Assembly: GCA_002633005.1 (NCBI GenBank)
Contig: NMRA01000019.1
Coordinates: 522,343-586,342, forward strand
Length of the DNA: 64,000 nt
Source: Phoronis australis
Lineage: Eukaryota; Animalia; Phoronida
Direction of reading: 5' to 3'
Numbering within the stretch: the stretch's first letter is position 1; every line of letters starts with the position of its first letter. The notes under the pieces are model-generated. The model saw only the letters and a program-made list of their open reading frames with translations, ran no database searches and was not told where the DNA came from. Positions 12,751-25,380 of the stretch are shown here, in pieces. The translations under genes were made by a program, and so were the position numbers.

Positions 12751-12820
12751 CTGTTGACAGCCACAGGTGGCCTTGTTGGTGTGGTCACAGCGCTCGTCTC
12801 AGAATCAGCAGAGTCGGCAG
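12751..12820 (+). CDS. SLC39A13: ZIP13-like transporter, TM6 exon
   Basis: gttacag| ... |gtgaga; 70 nt, phase 0-1; LLTATGGLVGVVTALVSESAESA(G). Confidence 0.9.
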
Positions 12821-13127
12821 GTGAGAGATTATTCTGGCAGCTGGTGCCACCTATTGAGAAGGAGTGTATTTGCTGGGAAAATTTTGGTTTGCATGTAATG
12901 GATTGTTTTTCATGAACTTGTGATGGTTAAAATAAAAGTCTTATTCTGTTCTACGCAACTTTGCAAAATTTGCAGCGACACGGCCATTTAGGAAGGTCAC
13001 TTAACATAATTTAACAGGAGTTCTGTCTTGGGTAAAGTACTCTCTGATTGTAGATGGAATTCTTGAGTTAAAGCACCATTTGAAATCTCACTGTACGTAG
13101 AAAAAACCGAGATAATAATTAGCGGGT

Positions 13128-14040
13128 GTGCTGAACAAAAGCATGAAACTTTATCTAGGCGCAATTTCCAAGTGTTAATGAAAATCTGAAGCCCATGTTT
13201 CGTTTTTTTCTGTTTATTTTTAAAGATGTGCTTGAACAGACAATTTTAGACCATATGAAAACAAGGTAAAACCAAAACTCCCAATAGAATTAATGAGATT
13301 CTTGTACCTGTGCACCTTAAGCAAAAAATGCAGATTTCTACCAAAGTTTAGCCCGCTGTATGCAAGTACACCAGGGCCGCAAAAATATGCAAATTCGAAG
13401 TAGATTATTTACCGACTTGTTACTCAATTAGTGATGAGCTGCTATTTTGACCAAAAACCCTGACCTGTGAAGTCGGAAACTTCCTTCAAATCATTCTAAA
13501 TATCACAAGATAATTGACGAATCCCAAGGCCTCTTCTATCGATATTCATTGTCACCATCCTAAACTATAAGCGGTGACTTCTGTTATAGGTGGATTGTTT
13601 AGATCATTTGATTCCGGCTATTTCCAGCTAAATATGTGCTGTTGTCAAAATGGCAAAGCTCCGATGAGAGGTGGCATATTCTGAGCTTTGGAGAAAAAAG
13701 CTTTCGAAATAAGAGAACGTATCTTTCCCACGATGTTCCAAAGACTGTCAGTGTCTTATCAAAAAGCCCAACAGATTCATTTCCTGTCGGATTTATATTA
13801 CAAGTTGTGTAACGCGTTGTTTTCATGTGCATATGGAGGTTACAATGACTTCGCAGCTCATCAAGACGTTGGCATAGGCTGAGGTTTTTGGCAGACAGTA
13901 GTTTGTGTTTAGATACACTTTCAATAAACAATGAGTCCAAACTTTTGTGGAATGGTAGAACATGTCTTCAGATGTAGAACATTGTCCAGTGCAGATTCAT
14001 GAGGACAATTTTGGTTTAAGAAACAAAGTTTTTGAACCAA
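13128..14040 (+). pseudogene. Frameshifted cGAS/Mab-21-like (cGLR) nucleotidyltransferase pseudogene in ZIP13 intron
   Basis: Collinear fragments YENKVK..TPN..EILVPV, MQIRSRLFYRLVTQLV, SIDI, YVLLSKWQSSDERWHI..LEKK, CSKDCQCLIKK, TRCFHV, HQDVG..RFL. Boundaries approximate. Confidence 0.55.
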
Positions 14041-14441
14041 AGAACTATTTTTTGTTGCGTATATTATTACAGTATGTAGCATGTATTTACATAATGTAAC
14101 TTCGATAAGGAACCCTTCTATTGATTAATCTGATGTTTTCACCACTGCAAGCGCAGTCCACCAAATTGAAACCTACACAAAATTCTGAAATCAAAATCAC
14201 TACATGTATTTGACTTTTTCAAAAGGTTAATATTATCTGGGAAATGTAGGGATGTTTTTTTAAACAGTTTCAAAACACTGCTATGATGGAAAAGTTTGAC
14301 TGATCTGTTTGGTCTTCACGTGAAAATTAGCAAATTACTGAAAAATCTGCAACTGTGGCATTCCAGATACTCAAATGCAGTTTTAGTGGTACACAGATCT
14401 TGAATTCGATAAAACTGTATACTCACTGTAATTTTTTGTAG

Positions 14442-14541
14442 GTCGTAACACCGCTTGGATACTGCCCTTCACCTCAGGTGGTTTTATTTATATAGCCTTG
14501 GTAACAGTGGTCCCTGATCTCATGCAAGAAAGACATCCATG
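14442..14541 (+). CDS. SLC39A13: ZIP13-like transporter, TM7 exon
   Basis: ttttgtag| ... |gtaaaa; 100 nt, phase 1-2; (G)[32 protein letters not shown](W), the conserved 'WILPFT.GGF.YIA.V.V.PDL'. Confidence 0.95.
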
Positions 14542-16189
14542 GTAAAATAACACCGTATTTTAAATAGTCAAATAAGATGCCGAGTAAATTAGTAAATCAG
14601 TTTTAGCTCTTTGTACGCTTCATTAACTGGCGTTTTTAAAAACATCATCTGTTATGTATGGTCAATGCACACGATTATGTGTAAATTAAGGGTATGTAAG
14701 ACACTAGAAAATTTTCCAAATTTGTCTTAACTTCAGAAGATCAGATCTCGGGAAAGGCTGTTCACATTCATAAGGTAATTTTAGATGCCATGCTTTGTCC
14801 CGTACGCGTTTAATCAGTCGAGTGCAATACGGCCATGTAACAATGTTTTCCGTATTCACCTCCCGCTCTACTTCAACAGTGAAGTCTTGCATGAAAAGTT
14901 CAAAAGGTAGGTCAATGTTGACTCGACGTCATTAGCCGGTTCGATCATCAAACTTTCCAAAAATAGTTTAAAGTAATACAATTGCAGCATTGTAACACTC
15001 AACATGCAACCAGGTCTCAATCATTACATCTGGAACAGGACTGTTAATTTATATCACAGTTCTGTCTCAGTTTTCAATTGCTAAATATTATATCGTTTGC
15101 AACTCGCGCCCCGATTCCTCGGTAACTACAATATTAAATCTTGTTATTTAAATATTTTCAGATGTTACAAATTCAATGCACAGTTACACTTGTTTTCATC
15201 TTTGTTATCTCTTTTCAAGTAATAAATCGTTACATTTAAAACTGTTTCTTTTACAAGAGAAAACTTGCAACCTAACACACAAGTACATACATAGAGGATG
15301 TGATCCGCCACATGAACAGTTTTGGTGAAGTATTTAAAAAATCTGCCAAAAAATGAAAGAAACACATGAATTCGAAGCGCATGGGATAAATACAAAACGT
15401 ACTTCAATTGACATCTGCTTTCGGTCTCAGGCGATACACGGAATAATGTCTCGTGGGATATTACTTCATCTACGCCACTCTTGGTATGTTTGTGTATTGA
15501 TACACTGTTCTCCGAAACAATATTAGGAGTTGTTTTTAAAATGTTCCATTTTTGCATGAAAGGTTAAAAACTGTAGGACTTTTATGAATTCTAAGAAGAA
15601 TTTGAAAGTTGCACAAAACAGAAACAAAATGGTAGTTTAGGAAACTGTAATGGCGTTTTTTTTAATTTCCTCTTGAACAGTTCTATCAAATGGAATTTGG
15701 TCATGCAAGTGGTACCGTTGTTTTGCTATATGGGTACCTTTCACATCTACTAAATTTTACTAAGAAGACATGTCCACACGACTCAGTCAATGGCAGATTA
15801 GTAAAAAGTCAAAACTCTAATCCTGCAGGCGTTCCTTAGAAAATATGTACTTTTACCCACCCTGAGTCGAAAGCTATAGTTTTATACCAATTTGGCTAAA
15901 TACATAGACTTGTCTATATTAAAGATCGTACATAAACTTAAGACTATTTTTCACCATGGCCAAATCAATTGTACAGCTCCTGACCGATTCTGTAGCTCAA
16001 TGCTCCCTGAGTGGTGGTTGAAAAGGACAAACGCATTGTTTAAGACTAGATTTGTTTAAGGCATAATGTTGTTGGATTGAAAATGTGTTAAAACTCGTAC
16101 TTTTTTGCCGAAATGTGAGTTCCACATATTCCTTATTGTTTTTGTATTATTTACGTTTTCTCGGCTGCATTACTCTGTTCACACACCTA

Positions 16190-16328
16190 ATGCCAATGAA
16201 GTATTACTGCTGTGCTGTGGGCTGCAACTCCGACAGGAGAAAGCCGACAGAACAAATTTGACAAATATCGGTGGATGAGTGATGTTAAGTTCTTTGCCTT
16301 CCCAACATCACTCAAAGAAAATGCTTAG
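16190..16328 (+). pseudogene. THAP zinc-finger N-terminal remnant (DNA transposon derived)
   Basis: MPMKYYCCAVGCNSDRRK, a frameshift, then DKYRWMSDVKFFAFPTS: the THAP 'C..C.N....FF.FP' pattern, truncated. Confidence 0.65.
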
Positions 16329-16688
16329 CTAGTAGATAAAACAAGTCCGGTTAATTTTGAACTGAACAGTATCACCTTTTTTGGAGATACCTTGAATTCT
16401 GGTACTTTTGAATAGTTGAAATTGGGAGTATTTCCACGACAATACACCTCGATGGTTTCCGACTTGACCTGTGAAAATGTGCCTTACATTCCAAAACGAG
16501 GCACGCACTTTCTTACCTCCAGGACAAAGGAGAGGTCTGTCACTGTGACGGCCCTCTTGGCAGTAACACAGAAGAGACTACAAAATATTTTGTGGATATT
16601 AAGCAAGAACAGATTCAGTGAGAAGAGATGTAGTTGTTTTCCTGTTCAATTTGCAGCAATATCATTTCAAAACTCCGATTTTTTACAG

Positions 16689-16764
16689 GGAATCCGTGAA
16701 GCAAGTTATTGGGATAGTGAGTGGAATTTTGGCGATGTTGTTGGTGACTGTATTGTTCGGCTGA
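16689..16764 (+). CDS. SLC39A13: ZIP13-like transporter, last coding exon (TM8 and stop)
   Basis: ttttacag| acceptor; phase 2 completes TGG; (W)ESVKQVIGIVSGILAMLLVTVLFG then TGA at 16762-16764. Confidence 0.9.
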
Positions 16765-17639
16765 GGAGGTCTGTGGACATCAGAGAATAGCTTCAAGGGG
16801 AAATGCAATTTGTTTACCAAAACGAGATAAATTATTAAGCTTTCAAGAAAGTTATTCATGAATCTTCAGAGAATTAGTGCGTCACATTTCAACATGTCTT
16901 GCTGACAATACTCACATCGGCGCATGGAACGAGAGCCACCAGGAAGAGGTAGCGAGCTCAGTTAAAAGGAATAATTTCATGCATATATTCTGTTAGAAGT
17001 ATGCACTTGTTAGAACCATGAACAACACACGGTGATGTGAATGTGTGATGTCATGTCTGGCTTTACAAAATGGCCTCCGGTTAGTTTGAATGTTGATTGT
17101 ATTTGTTCTCATTGTCTTCCAAAACTGGTTTAAATTTGTTCTTCCATGGCAAGCAGTAAACATCCTTATTCATTGGGTAGCTATTTTGAATTACATACAG
17201 AGAATTGGTGCATTGTAAAGTACTTTTAGCATACACTGCTTATAAAAGTGCTAATGTCCACTTTAGGTAAACCTAAGAGTTTTATGCTTTAAGATTAACT
17301 TAATATACAGCCTGTACACAGTCTAATCTCGTTACAATGAGCCTGCTTTATAGTGACGGTAGGGGTTTTCTCGCTTATCACGTTCCATTCCGCAAGTTTT
17401 TAGCCTACTGCGCTGTATACTAGTTGATTTTATTACAACAGATTTTGGTTAAAACGAATGTTTTAGAAAGGTCCCAGTAAAAATAATTAAAGGCTATCAG
17501 GTACACGTTGTACCAGACTTGCACAGGCCGATCAGATGGGACCATTGCACTGATTACCTGAAACCATATTGATGGTTTATTAATACACATTTAAAAAGCG
17601 AACTGGGGAGCTAGAGACATGACTTAAGGATCTAGCAGT

Positions 17640-17716
17640 GTGCCCTAGTGGGACTTGACCCACCCCACGACCTTGAGTAAAGAAAGCGCACACCTATCCC
17701 ACTAGGTCACACTACC
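17640..17716 (-). mobile_element. tRNA-derived SINE head (also at 20840-20918)
   Basis: Minus strand reads gtgtgacctagtgg (A box) ... ggtcaagtcccactag (B box); related to 52634-52708. Confidence 0.5.
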
Positions 17717-17984
17717 TCTAAAGGTTCCAGAAGAGGATGTTGTAATGGGGTTTGACTGTAATATACTGTATGTATTTTATGAGAAGGTGGATAGGACGTC
17801 TAGCCATAAGGCGATCTGGTGCTTAACACGAGCCTTCATAAAGGCGTCCTAGCAGTCGTCTTAGGAGTACTTCAATCATGACATAGGACAAGTGTTCGTC
17901 TTTAAAGTTGTTTTTTGTTTGTGAAAATTCAAAGTGGTTACACCAGAGATTTTCATGTATGCAGTAAAGTCTTTGGTTTAGCAG

Positions 17985-18321
17985 ACAATATGGTGGACCC
18001 AATATGGTGAACACAGTATGGTGGACACATTATGGTGAACACAATATGGTGGACACATAATGGTGAACACAATATGGTGGACCCAATATGGTGAACACAA
18101 TATGGTGAACACAATATGGTGGACACATTATGGTGAACACAATATGGTGGACACATAATGGTGAACACAATATGGTGGACACATTATGGTGAACACAATA
18201 TGGTGGACACATTATGGTGAACACAATATGGTGGACACATTATGGTGAACACAACATGGTGGACACATTATGGTGAACACATTATGGTGGACACAATATG
18301 GTGGACATGTTATGGTGGACA
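17985..18321. repeat. 14-bp minisatellite (tatggtg[g/a]acaca[a/t])n
   Basis: About 24 contiguous units with no spacers. Confidence 0.95.
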
Positions 18322-19837
18322 AATGAATTGTTATTGGAAAATTGAACTGAGGCCATTTGAGCAATTATTTCTTGTCCCAAATTAAAGGAATATATACCGT
18401 GTGTTCAGGCTGTATATTCAACAGATGGGACCAAAAGTCGGATCCAAATATAATCTAAGATGTATATTTGACAGAGCTGAATATACACTCAGTTGTCTTT
18501 TTCATAAGTGTGTGTTGTCTGTCAATTCAAACTTTAATATTGCCCATGTATGGTTGTTCCACTACTGCCAATGAATTTCCATCACTGCAAGCTTTGGTTC
18601 AACCATGCTTACTTTTTCCTAACATGATGGTTCTCCTCATAGAAGCCTATCTTCAGAATCAAGAAAATTCGGTGTCCCAAATTTTAGTGACTGCTCAAAC
18701 TGGATAATGTTTACCATATGTACAGTAAGGTGTTGGACATGGTCTCAGGTATGCATACCCATACATTTTTGTCCATTGTTTGCAAATCTAAAGTGTTGTA
18801 TTGAATAGTCTTATTTTTAGGGTGACTTTTATTTTTGCTCGTCTGTATGTTAGGGCACTAAGGCTATTGTTATTATTGTCCAAATGGACCTATGGTTGGG
18901 GACCCTCGTAGTATTATCAAGTTCTGATGTAATGCAAGGTATTTGTGTCTCATTTGTGAAAGCTATACCCCATTCACATCCTGGTTAAAGCAGACTGGCA
19001 TTTTCAGTAGCAGGTTTGTACCCAGGATACTTTCTTTGAAGAACTGGCATGTCAGGAGGGGAAAGAGGGTTGCATTAGTGTGAAAGTGTTTTAACACCAA
19101 CTTCCACTGTGATACCAGTGGTGAGAAAGCAAACTTGTCTAACTACTGCCACAAATTACCCCTTTCCAGCTTGGCAAAGAGTCTGGCGTCTGTCTGGCTA
19201 AAAGACAGTCTCCTCTGAAAAACAGTTATAATTTGCAACACTCGCCTAAATGCTGTATTAGAAGCACCTGCGACAACAATCTAACTTTACCTTTTCTTGT
19301 ATTAAAATTATTTTGTTGTGCTTTAAATCCTACTGTGTTGATACTGCTTATAATACCTGTAGGACATTTCCCACCTATTTTGTATTTCTAACTGTTTTTC
19401 AAGAATTCTAATTCACTTCCTTCTTGATCTAAGCATCCAGTTTTGAAGAGCATTTGATTATTAATGCCTTCCAACTCCAAGCCACGTCTGGCTATAGTGT
19501 GGCCTGTCTAGTTGTAGGACATGTGTTCCTAGCTGTTGTCAGTTATGCAAATTAACTTCTTTTTTATTGACTTGTCCCTTATCTGTCTGCCATCTAAAAC
19601 CTGGCACTTGCTGCAGAAGAGTGCTTCCCTTTTATTGTTACGATATTTTGTTCTCTGGTCTATTGGGTTTCTGATAACAGTTGTAAATTGAGGAACAGGT
19701 ATAGGTTTTGTTATAGTATTGATTGTTAAAGAGAGTTAATTGGCAACAACTTCCTATTTTTAAAACAGACAACTGTTGATGCTGAACTAGAAATTCTATA
19801 TTCATTGTTGATAGAATATTTATAATAAAGACTAATT

Positions 19838-20803
19838 AAGAGTGACTCCATATAAAAACCAACAGGTAGAGTCTATACCCAAAATCACCGATTTTTTTGA
19901 AACTTAGCACATAAGTTTGATTTGTTGAGAAGTAGAAAAACCTCACTTTTTAAGAATTTTCATTCATTATTTTTCTTTTTATGACCTGTACCTCCATTTT
20001 GCAACAAAATTGGGCGTCGAAGTAGGCATGTTTGAATGCATTTTACTAGCATGTATGATACGGTCAAAACAAATGAATAATACGAATTGAAAGGGCAATG
20101 GCTGAATAATGTAATGGCATAACTTTCAAAATCCATTTTTAAATTTATACGTTTTGAATTTGTGAGGCAAAAACGGTTATTTTTCAGGTTTTCACTGAAG
20201 CCATTTTCGGCCACATTTGACACTCTGTAGCAGCCATAACGCACCTTTCCTGAAATTGACTTTATAATAATTTGTTAGGTCATTCCTAACCTGTTTATAA
20301 TCTAAAATAAAAAATCTTGCCTCTAATGTAGTTTTTGCGTACGAAGCATTATACGAACTGCACTTCGTCCTTTTGCATGTTCTCAGTTGCCTCTGCTGCC
20401 GATAGGGGGCTCTTGGAACATATAATAAGCTTGCGAAACACGAAATAAAAACTTTGTATTTTGGAGAAAAGGCAGACAGCATTATTAATTACCATTCTAT
20501 GAAAACGACATTGATGATTAATACTTATTACAAAAATGTGTACGTAAATCAACTGGCATGCGTGCTTCTAAATGATAGATGGCGCTGCTTTTGTTTACGT
20601 GGAGACTGAAGACGCATCTAGAATAAGAGCAGTAACACGAGGACCTTGCTATAATTCAAGACTTCGCGAGATGTTGCCGTGTATTTTAAATGAGAACACG
20701 TGGTTTTGGATAAATTTTAGAGAGGTTCTAGTGTTACTGAACTCACCCCTGCCTTGTTTTCTATCTGCCTTGTTCGTGCCACAGGCAAAGGAAGCCCCCC
20801 AAG
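19838..20803. mobile_element. Sequence present only after copy A of duplication 1; probable DNA transposon end (Kolobok-like TTAA/RR start)
   Basis: Copy A diverges at ...ctaaTTAAgagtgactcc, whereas copy B continues tgctggttg. The segment is truncated by the n at 20804. Confidence 0.45.
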
Positions 20804-20804
20804 N

Positions 20805-23080
20805 CTGGGGAGCTAGAGACGTGACTTAAGGATCTGGCGGTGTGCCCTAGTGGGACTTGACCCACCCCACGACCTTGAGTAAAGGAAGCGCACACCCATC
20901 CCACTAGGCCACACTACCTCTAAAGGTTCCAGTAGAGGATGTTGTAATGGGATTTGACTGTAATATACTGTATGTATTTTATGAGAAGGTGGATAGGACG
21001 TCTAGCCATAAGGCGATCTGGTGCTTAACACGAGCGGTCATAAAGGCGTCCTAGCAGTCGTCTTAGAAGTACTTCAATCATGACATTTTTGCGCAAAACA
21101 CTAACTATTCTGGTCAATCAAGTGCAACCACCCTGAGCAAATGAGTAATGCTGTTGGAATATATCCTTCTCAGGCGTAGGACAAGTGTTCGTATTTAAAG
21201 TTGTTTTGTGTTTGTGAAAATTCAAAGTGGTTACACCAGAGATTTTCATGTATGCTGCAAAAAGTCTTTGGTTTAGGAGACAATATGGTGGACCCAATAT
21301 GGTGAACACAATATGGTGGACACAATATGGTGAACACAATATGCTGGACACAATATGGTGAACACAATATGGTGTACACATTATGGTGAACACAATATGG
21401 TGGACACATTATGGTAGACATATTATGGTGGACACAATATGGTGGACACAATGTGGTGAACATAATATGGTAGACACATTATGGTGAACACAATATGGTG
21501 GACACATTATGGTGGTCACATTATGGTGGACTCGTTATGGTGGACAAATAAAATGTTATTGGAAAATTGAACTGAGGCCATTTTAGCTATTATTTTTTGT
21601 TCCAAATTAAAGGAATATGTACCGTATGTTCAGGCTGTATATTCAACAGATGGGACCAAAAGTTGGATCCAAATATAATCTAAGATGTATATTTGACAGA
21701 GCTGAATATACACTCAGTTGTCCTTTTCATAAGTGTGTGCTGTCTGCCAATTCAAACTTCAATATTGCCCATGCATGGTTGTTCCACTACTGCCAATGAA
21801 TTTCCATCACTGCAAGCTATGGTTCAACCATGCTTACTTTTTCCTAACACAACGGTTCTCATAGAAGCCTATCCTCAGAATCAAGAAAATTCAGTGTCCC
21901 AAATTTTAGTGACTGCTCAAACTGGATAATGTTTACCATATGTACAGTAAGGTTTTGGACATGGTCTCAGGTACGCATACCCATACATTTTTGTCCATTG
22001 TGTGCAAATCTAAAGTGTTGTATTGAATAGTCTTATTTTTAGGGTGACTTTTATTTTTGCTGGTGTGTATGTTAGGGCACTAAGGCTATTGTTACTATTG
22101 TCCAAATGGACCTATGGTTGGGGACCCTCATAGTATTATTAAGTTCTGATGTAATGCAAGGTATTTGTGTCTCATTTGTGAAAGCTATACCCCATTCACA
22201 TCCTGGTTAAAGCAGACTGAATTGACCTACAATATACTGGCATTTTCAGTAGCAGGTTTGTACCCAGGATACTTTCTTTGAAGAACTGGCATGTCAGGAA
22301 GGGAAATAGGGTTGCATTAGTGTGAAAGTGTTTTAACACCAACTTCCACTTTGAAAGTGATACCAGTGGTGAGAAAGCAAACTTGTCTAACTACTGGCAA
22401 AAATGACCCCTTTCCAACTTGGCAAAGAGTCAGGTGTCTGTCTGGCTTAAAGATAGTCTCTGAAAAACAGTTATCATTTGCAACACTCGCCTAAACGTTG
22501 TGTTAGAAGCACCTGCGACAACAATCTAACTTTACCTTTTCTTGTATTAAAATTATTTTGTTGTGCTTTAAAGCCTACTGTTTTGATACTGCTTATGATA
22601 CCTGTTGGACATTTCCCACCTATTTTGTATTTCTAAGTGTTTTTCAAGAATTCTAATTCACTTCCTTCTTGATCAAAGCATCTAGTTTTGAAGAGCATTT
22701 GGTTATTAATGCCTTCCAACTCCAAGCCACGTCTGGCTATAGTGTGGCCTGTCTAGTTGTAGGACATGTGTTCCTAGCTGTTGTCAGTTATGCAAATTAA
22801 CTTCTTTTTTATTGACTTCTCTTATCTGTCTGCCATCTAAAACCTGTCACTTGCTGCAGAAGAGTGCTTCCCTTTTATTGTTACGATATTTTGTTCTCTG
22901 GTCTATTGGGTTTCTGATAACAGTTGTAAATTGAGGAACAGGTATAGGTTTTGTTATAGTATTGATTGTTAAAGAGAGTTAATTGGCAACAACTTCTTAT
23001 TTTTAAAACAGACAACTGTTGATGCTGAACTAGAAATTCTATATTCATTGTTGATAGAATATTTGTAATAAAGACTAATT
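20805..23080 (+). repeat. Duplicated segment 1, copy B
   Basis: Starts immediately after the single n at 20804; has about 90 extra bp near 21086-21176 and a shorter minisatellite. Confidence 0.95.
21280..21546. repeat. 14-bp minisatellite, second copy or allele
   Basis: About 19 units of the same 14-mer. Confidence 0.95.
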
Positions 23081-25380
23081 TGCTGGTTGTTTTCTTTGTA
23101 CGTATTCCTTGTTGGTGGGCTTGGGTTCTCCATACACCTGTATAGATTGTGTTAAAATTACTAAGTATAATGAAGTTTTGTTTGGAGGATTTATAAAAAT
23201 GTTTTGTTGATTTATAATATGGAAAGAATCTGAGAGATCTTTACAGCCATATTTCATCTCTGGGTGTGTTTGGTTATTTTAAAGGCCTATGCAGTACCTT
23301 TTATTTTGGACACATGCTCTTGTGCATTTCAGCTGTGTACTATTTCGGTGGGGAGGATTATTTTTGACTACGATTTTCTAAAGCCTTACTTCCATCTCAT
23401 ATCTTCTTAGATTGTGACTATAACATGAGTGAATCTTTGTTTTGATCGGTTGTATGATCTCTTTCTGTTTTATCTTTAGTTTGAAGTTGCCTAGTTTTAG
23501 GATCCCGAAAGTTCCGTCTGCCTGTTTTTAATCTCTTTAATAAAGCTTAATCCATTCTGGTAACGACTAGAAATTAAATGGTAATTCGGTTTGTATACAG
23601 AAAAGGTGATGCCTTATTGAGTGCTATGTAGAAATTGTTTCGTCGGAATGTGTTAACTCTATGTTACGACCCAAACTTGTGATTTTAGGAAGAGCGAAGC
23701 GCAGTCATGACGTGAAATTGAATAAGTAGATAACAGACTCAATTTGGGAACGAAACTGTCTGCATACGTGGATGTACATTAGTTTTTGATTTGTGTTATA
23801 GCCCACCGGCACTTACACAGCAAAGGGCAGGGATGCAATGTCTCTGTAACAATTGCGTGTGCGCCGCGCGCCTTTCTGAGTGTTGGGCATTGCACTATGT
23901 TTGATTTTTAACCAGCTTTACTTTGGCTCCGTTTCATTGGGCTGTTACTGTTCACTATCTACACTACTTTGAATGCGCGATATCCTACGAACAGACTTGG
24001 CTGTAGCCTGTTGTGTATGGGGGCCTAAACAAAAAATATTTCTCATCGCGTCAAGGATAAAATCCGGACACGTCGTCGGGAGATTTTAGCCACTGACTAG
24101 GGCATTTTTAAAGGCCACGAACGACGTTTTAAAATAAAAACGTTTCGTAAACACGCAAGTTTATGTCAGGCGTGCAAGTTCAATGTCGAACAGCACGGTC
24201 TAATTAAACCAGAGCTCATGTTACGCTGACAACGAATAACTGCAGCCTTGGGTGTACGTCCCATTTATATTTTCATCAGAAATTTCCGTCCTACGGGACT
24301 CGGAGATTGTTTTCATAGCTAAAGCGCCAAACACAAGCTAAACGCAAGACAATCGAGTAACGGGTCGTGACATCGTCAAGACAAGGTAAAAATTACAAAG
24401 CCCGTTACACCGATTCTCGGATTCAAGCCTTATAGAGTACTAATCATTCGTTGAACGTTTTAGTGACACGGGAGTTGCGTTGATCCTAAATTAGCGTTTC
24501 TAAAATTTCCCTTGTCCGAAAGTCGCGGACAAAAATCCGACGTTTATGACATTGTCCGAAATTCGAGGATCATTGAAAAACAGTTTTTGGACCTTGTACG
24601 AATTTCGTGGACTGTGAAAAACTCATTTCAGAAATATTTATTCTTGGTCGAAAATGGCGGGCCGTTCGAAAATCGCGCGACTTTACCGTACATCTGCCTG
24701 CCGTGCCTTACTGATGATTCTACAAACAATTCTGCAAAATGATGGATTGTGCCAACACAGTTGTTGTTTAGTCTTTGATCAGGGGTCGTTAATAGCTAAA
24801 CTGAGACAACGATATTGAAGCAACGGAAACTAAATACGTTCGTGAGATGGTATGCATTTACACTACCTCTGTTTATCCTCGTTATACTTAAAACAATTTG
24901 ACCACTAACCTGTGCCACATCTGTGCTTGAATTTTAATGTTGATTGTAAAATGTGTTAGTCTCTGGAGGCATCCATAATCCTTCAAAGTAAATTGAAATA
25001 CGATGATGTCTCATCTGTGATCAGCACATTCTAAATGTAAAGGTTTTGCGATCAACATGGTCACTACGTACGGATTATTTAGGACCATATTGGCAGGTAT
25101 GCGTATTGAACCAAATATCTACAAAAACTGTATCTTTTGACTCGGTAGAGTATATTTCTAAAAGGAGAAAACTCACTCTGGAATTTTATTTTGTCGTTTT
25201 ACCAATCCGCTATTAGTTAGTCACGTGACTATGCATTTTTAGTAAAATTAATGAATATAGCAAGTGCTTCGATATAAAAAACGGTAAGTGGATAATGCTA
25301 CTTCTTTATTGCGAAAAATATCCTTTGATGAAAACCGTCTGCGAATTTACGACAAACTTTAGTTCAACTTATAAACTGCG

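Larger units (their letters stand above)
17603..19837 (+). repeat. Duplicated segment 1, copy A (copy B at 20805-23080)
   Basis: Collinear near-identity from ctggggagctagagac to aagactaatt. Confidence 0.95.

Noticed and set aside
16416-16790. 124-aa ORF over the last ZIP13 exon
   Set aside because: It is in a different frame from the conserved TM8 exon and has no recognisable homology.
17985-18321. CRISPR-like regular repeat array
   Set aside because: Units are contiguous 14-mers with no unique spacers, there are no cas genes, and the context is eukaryotic; it is a minisatellite. ORFs reading CPPYCVHH are repeat artefacts.
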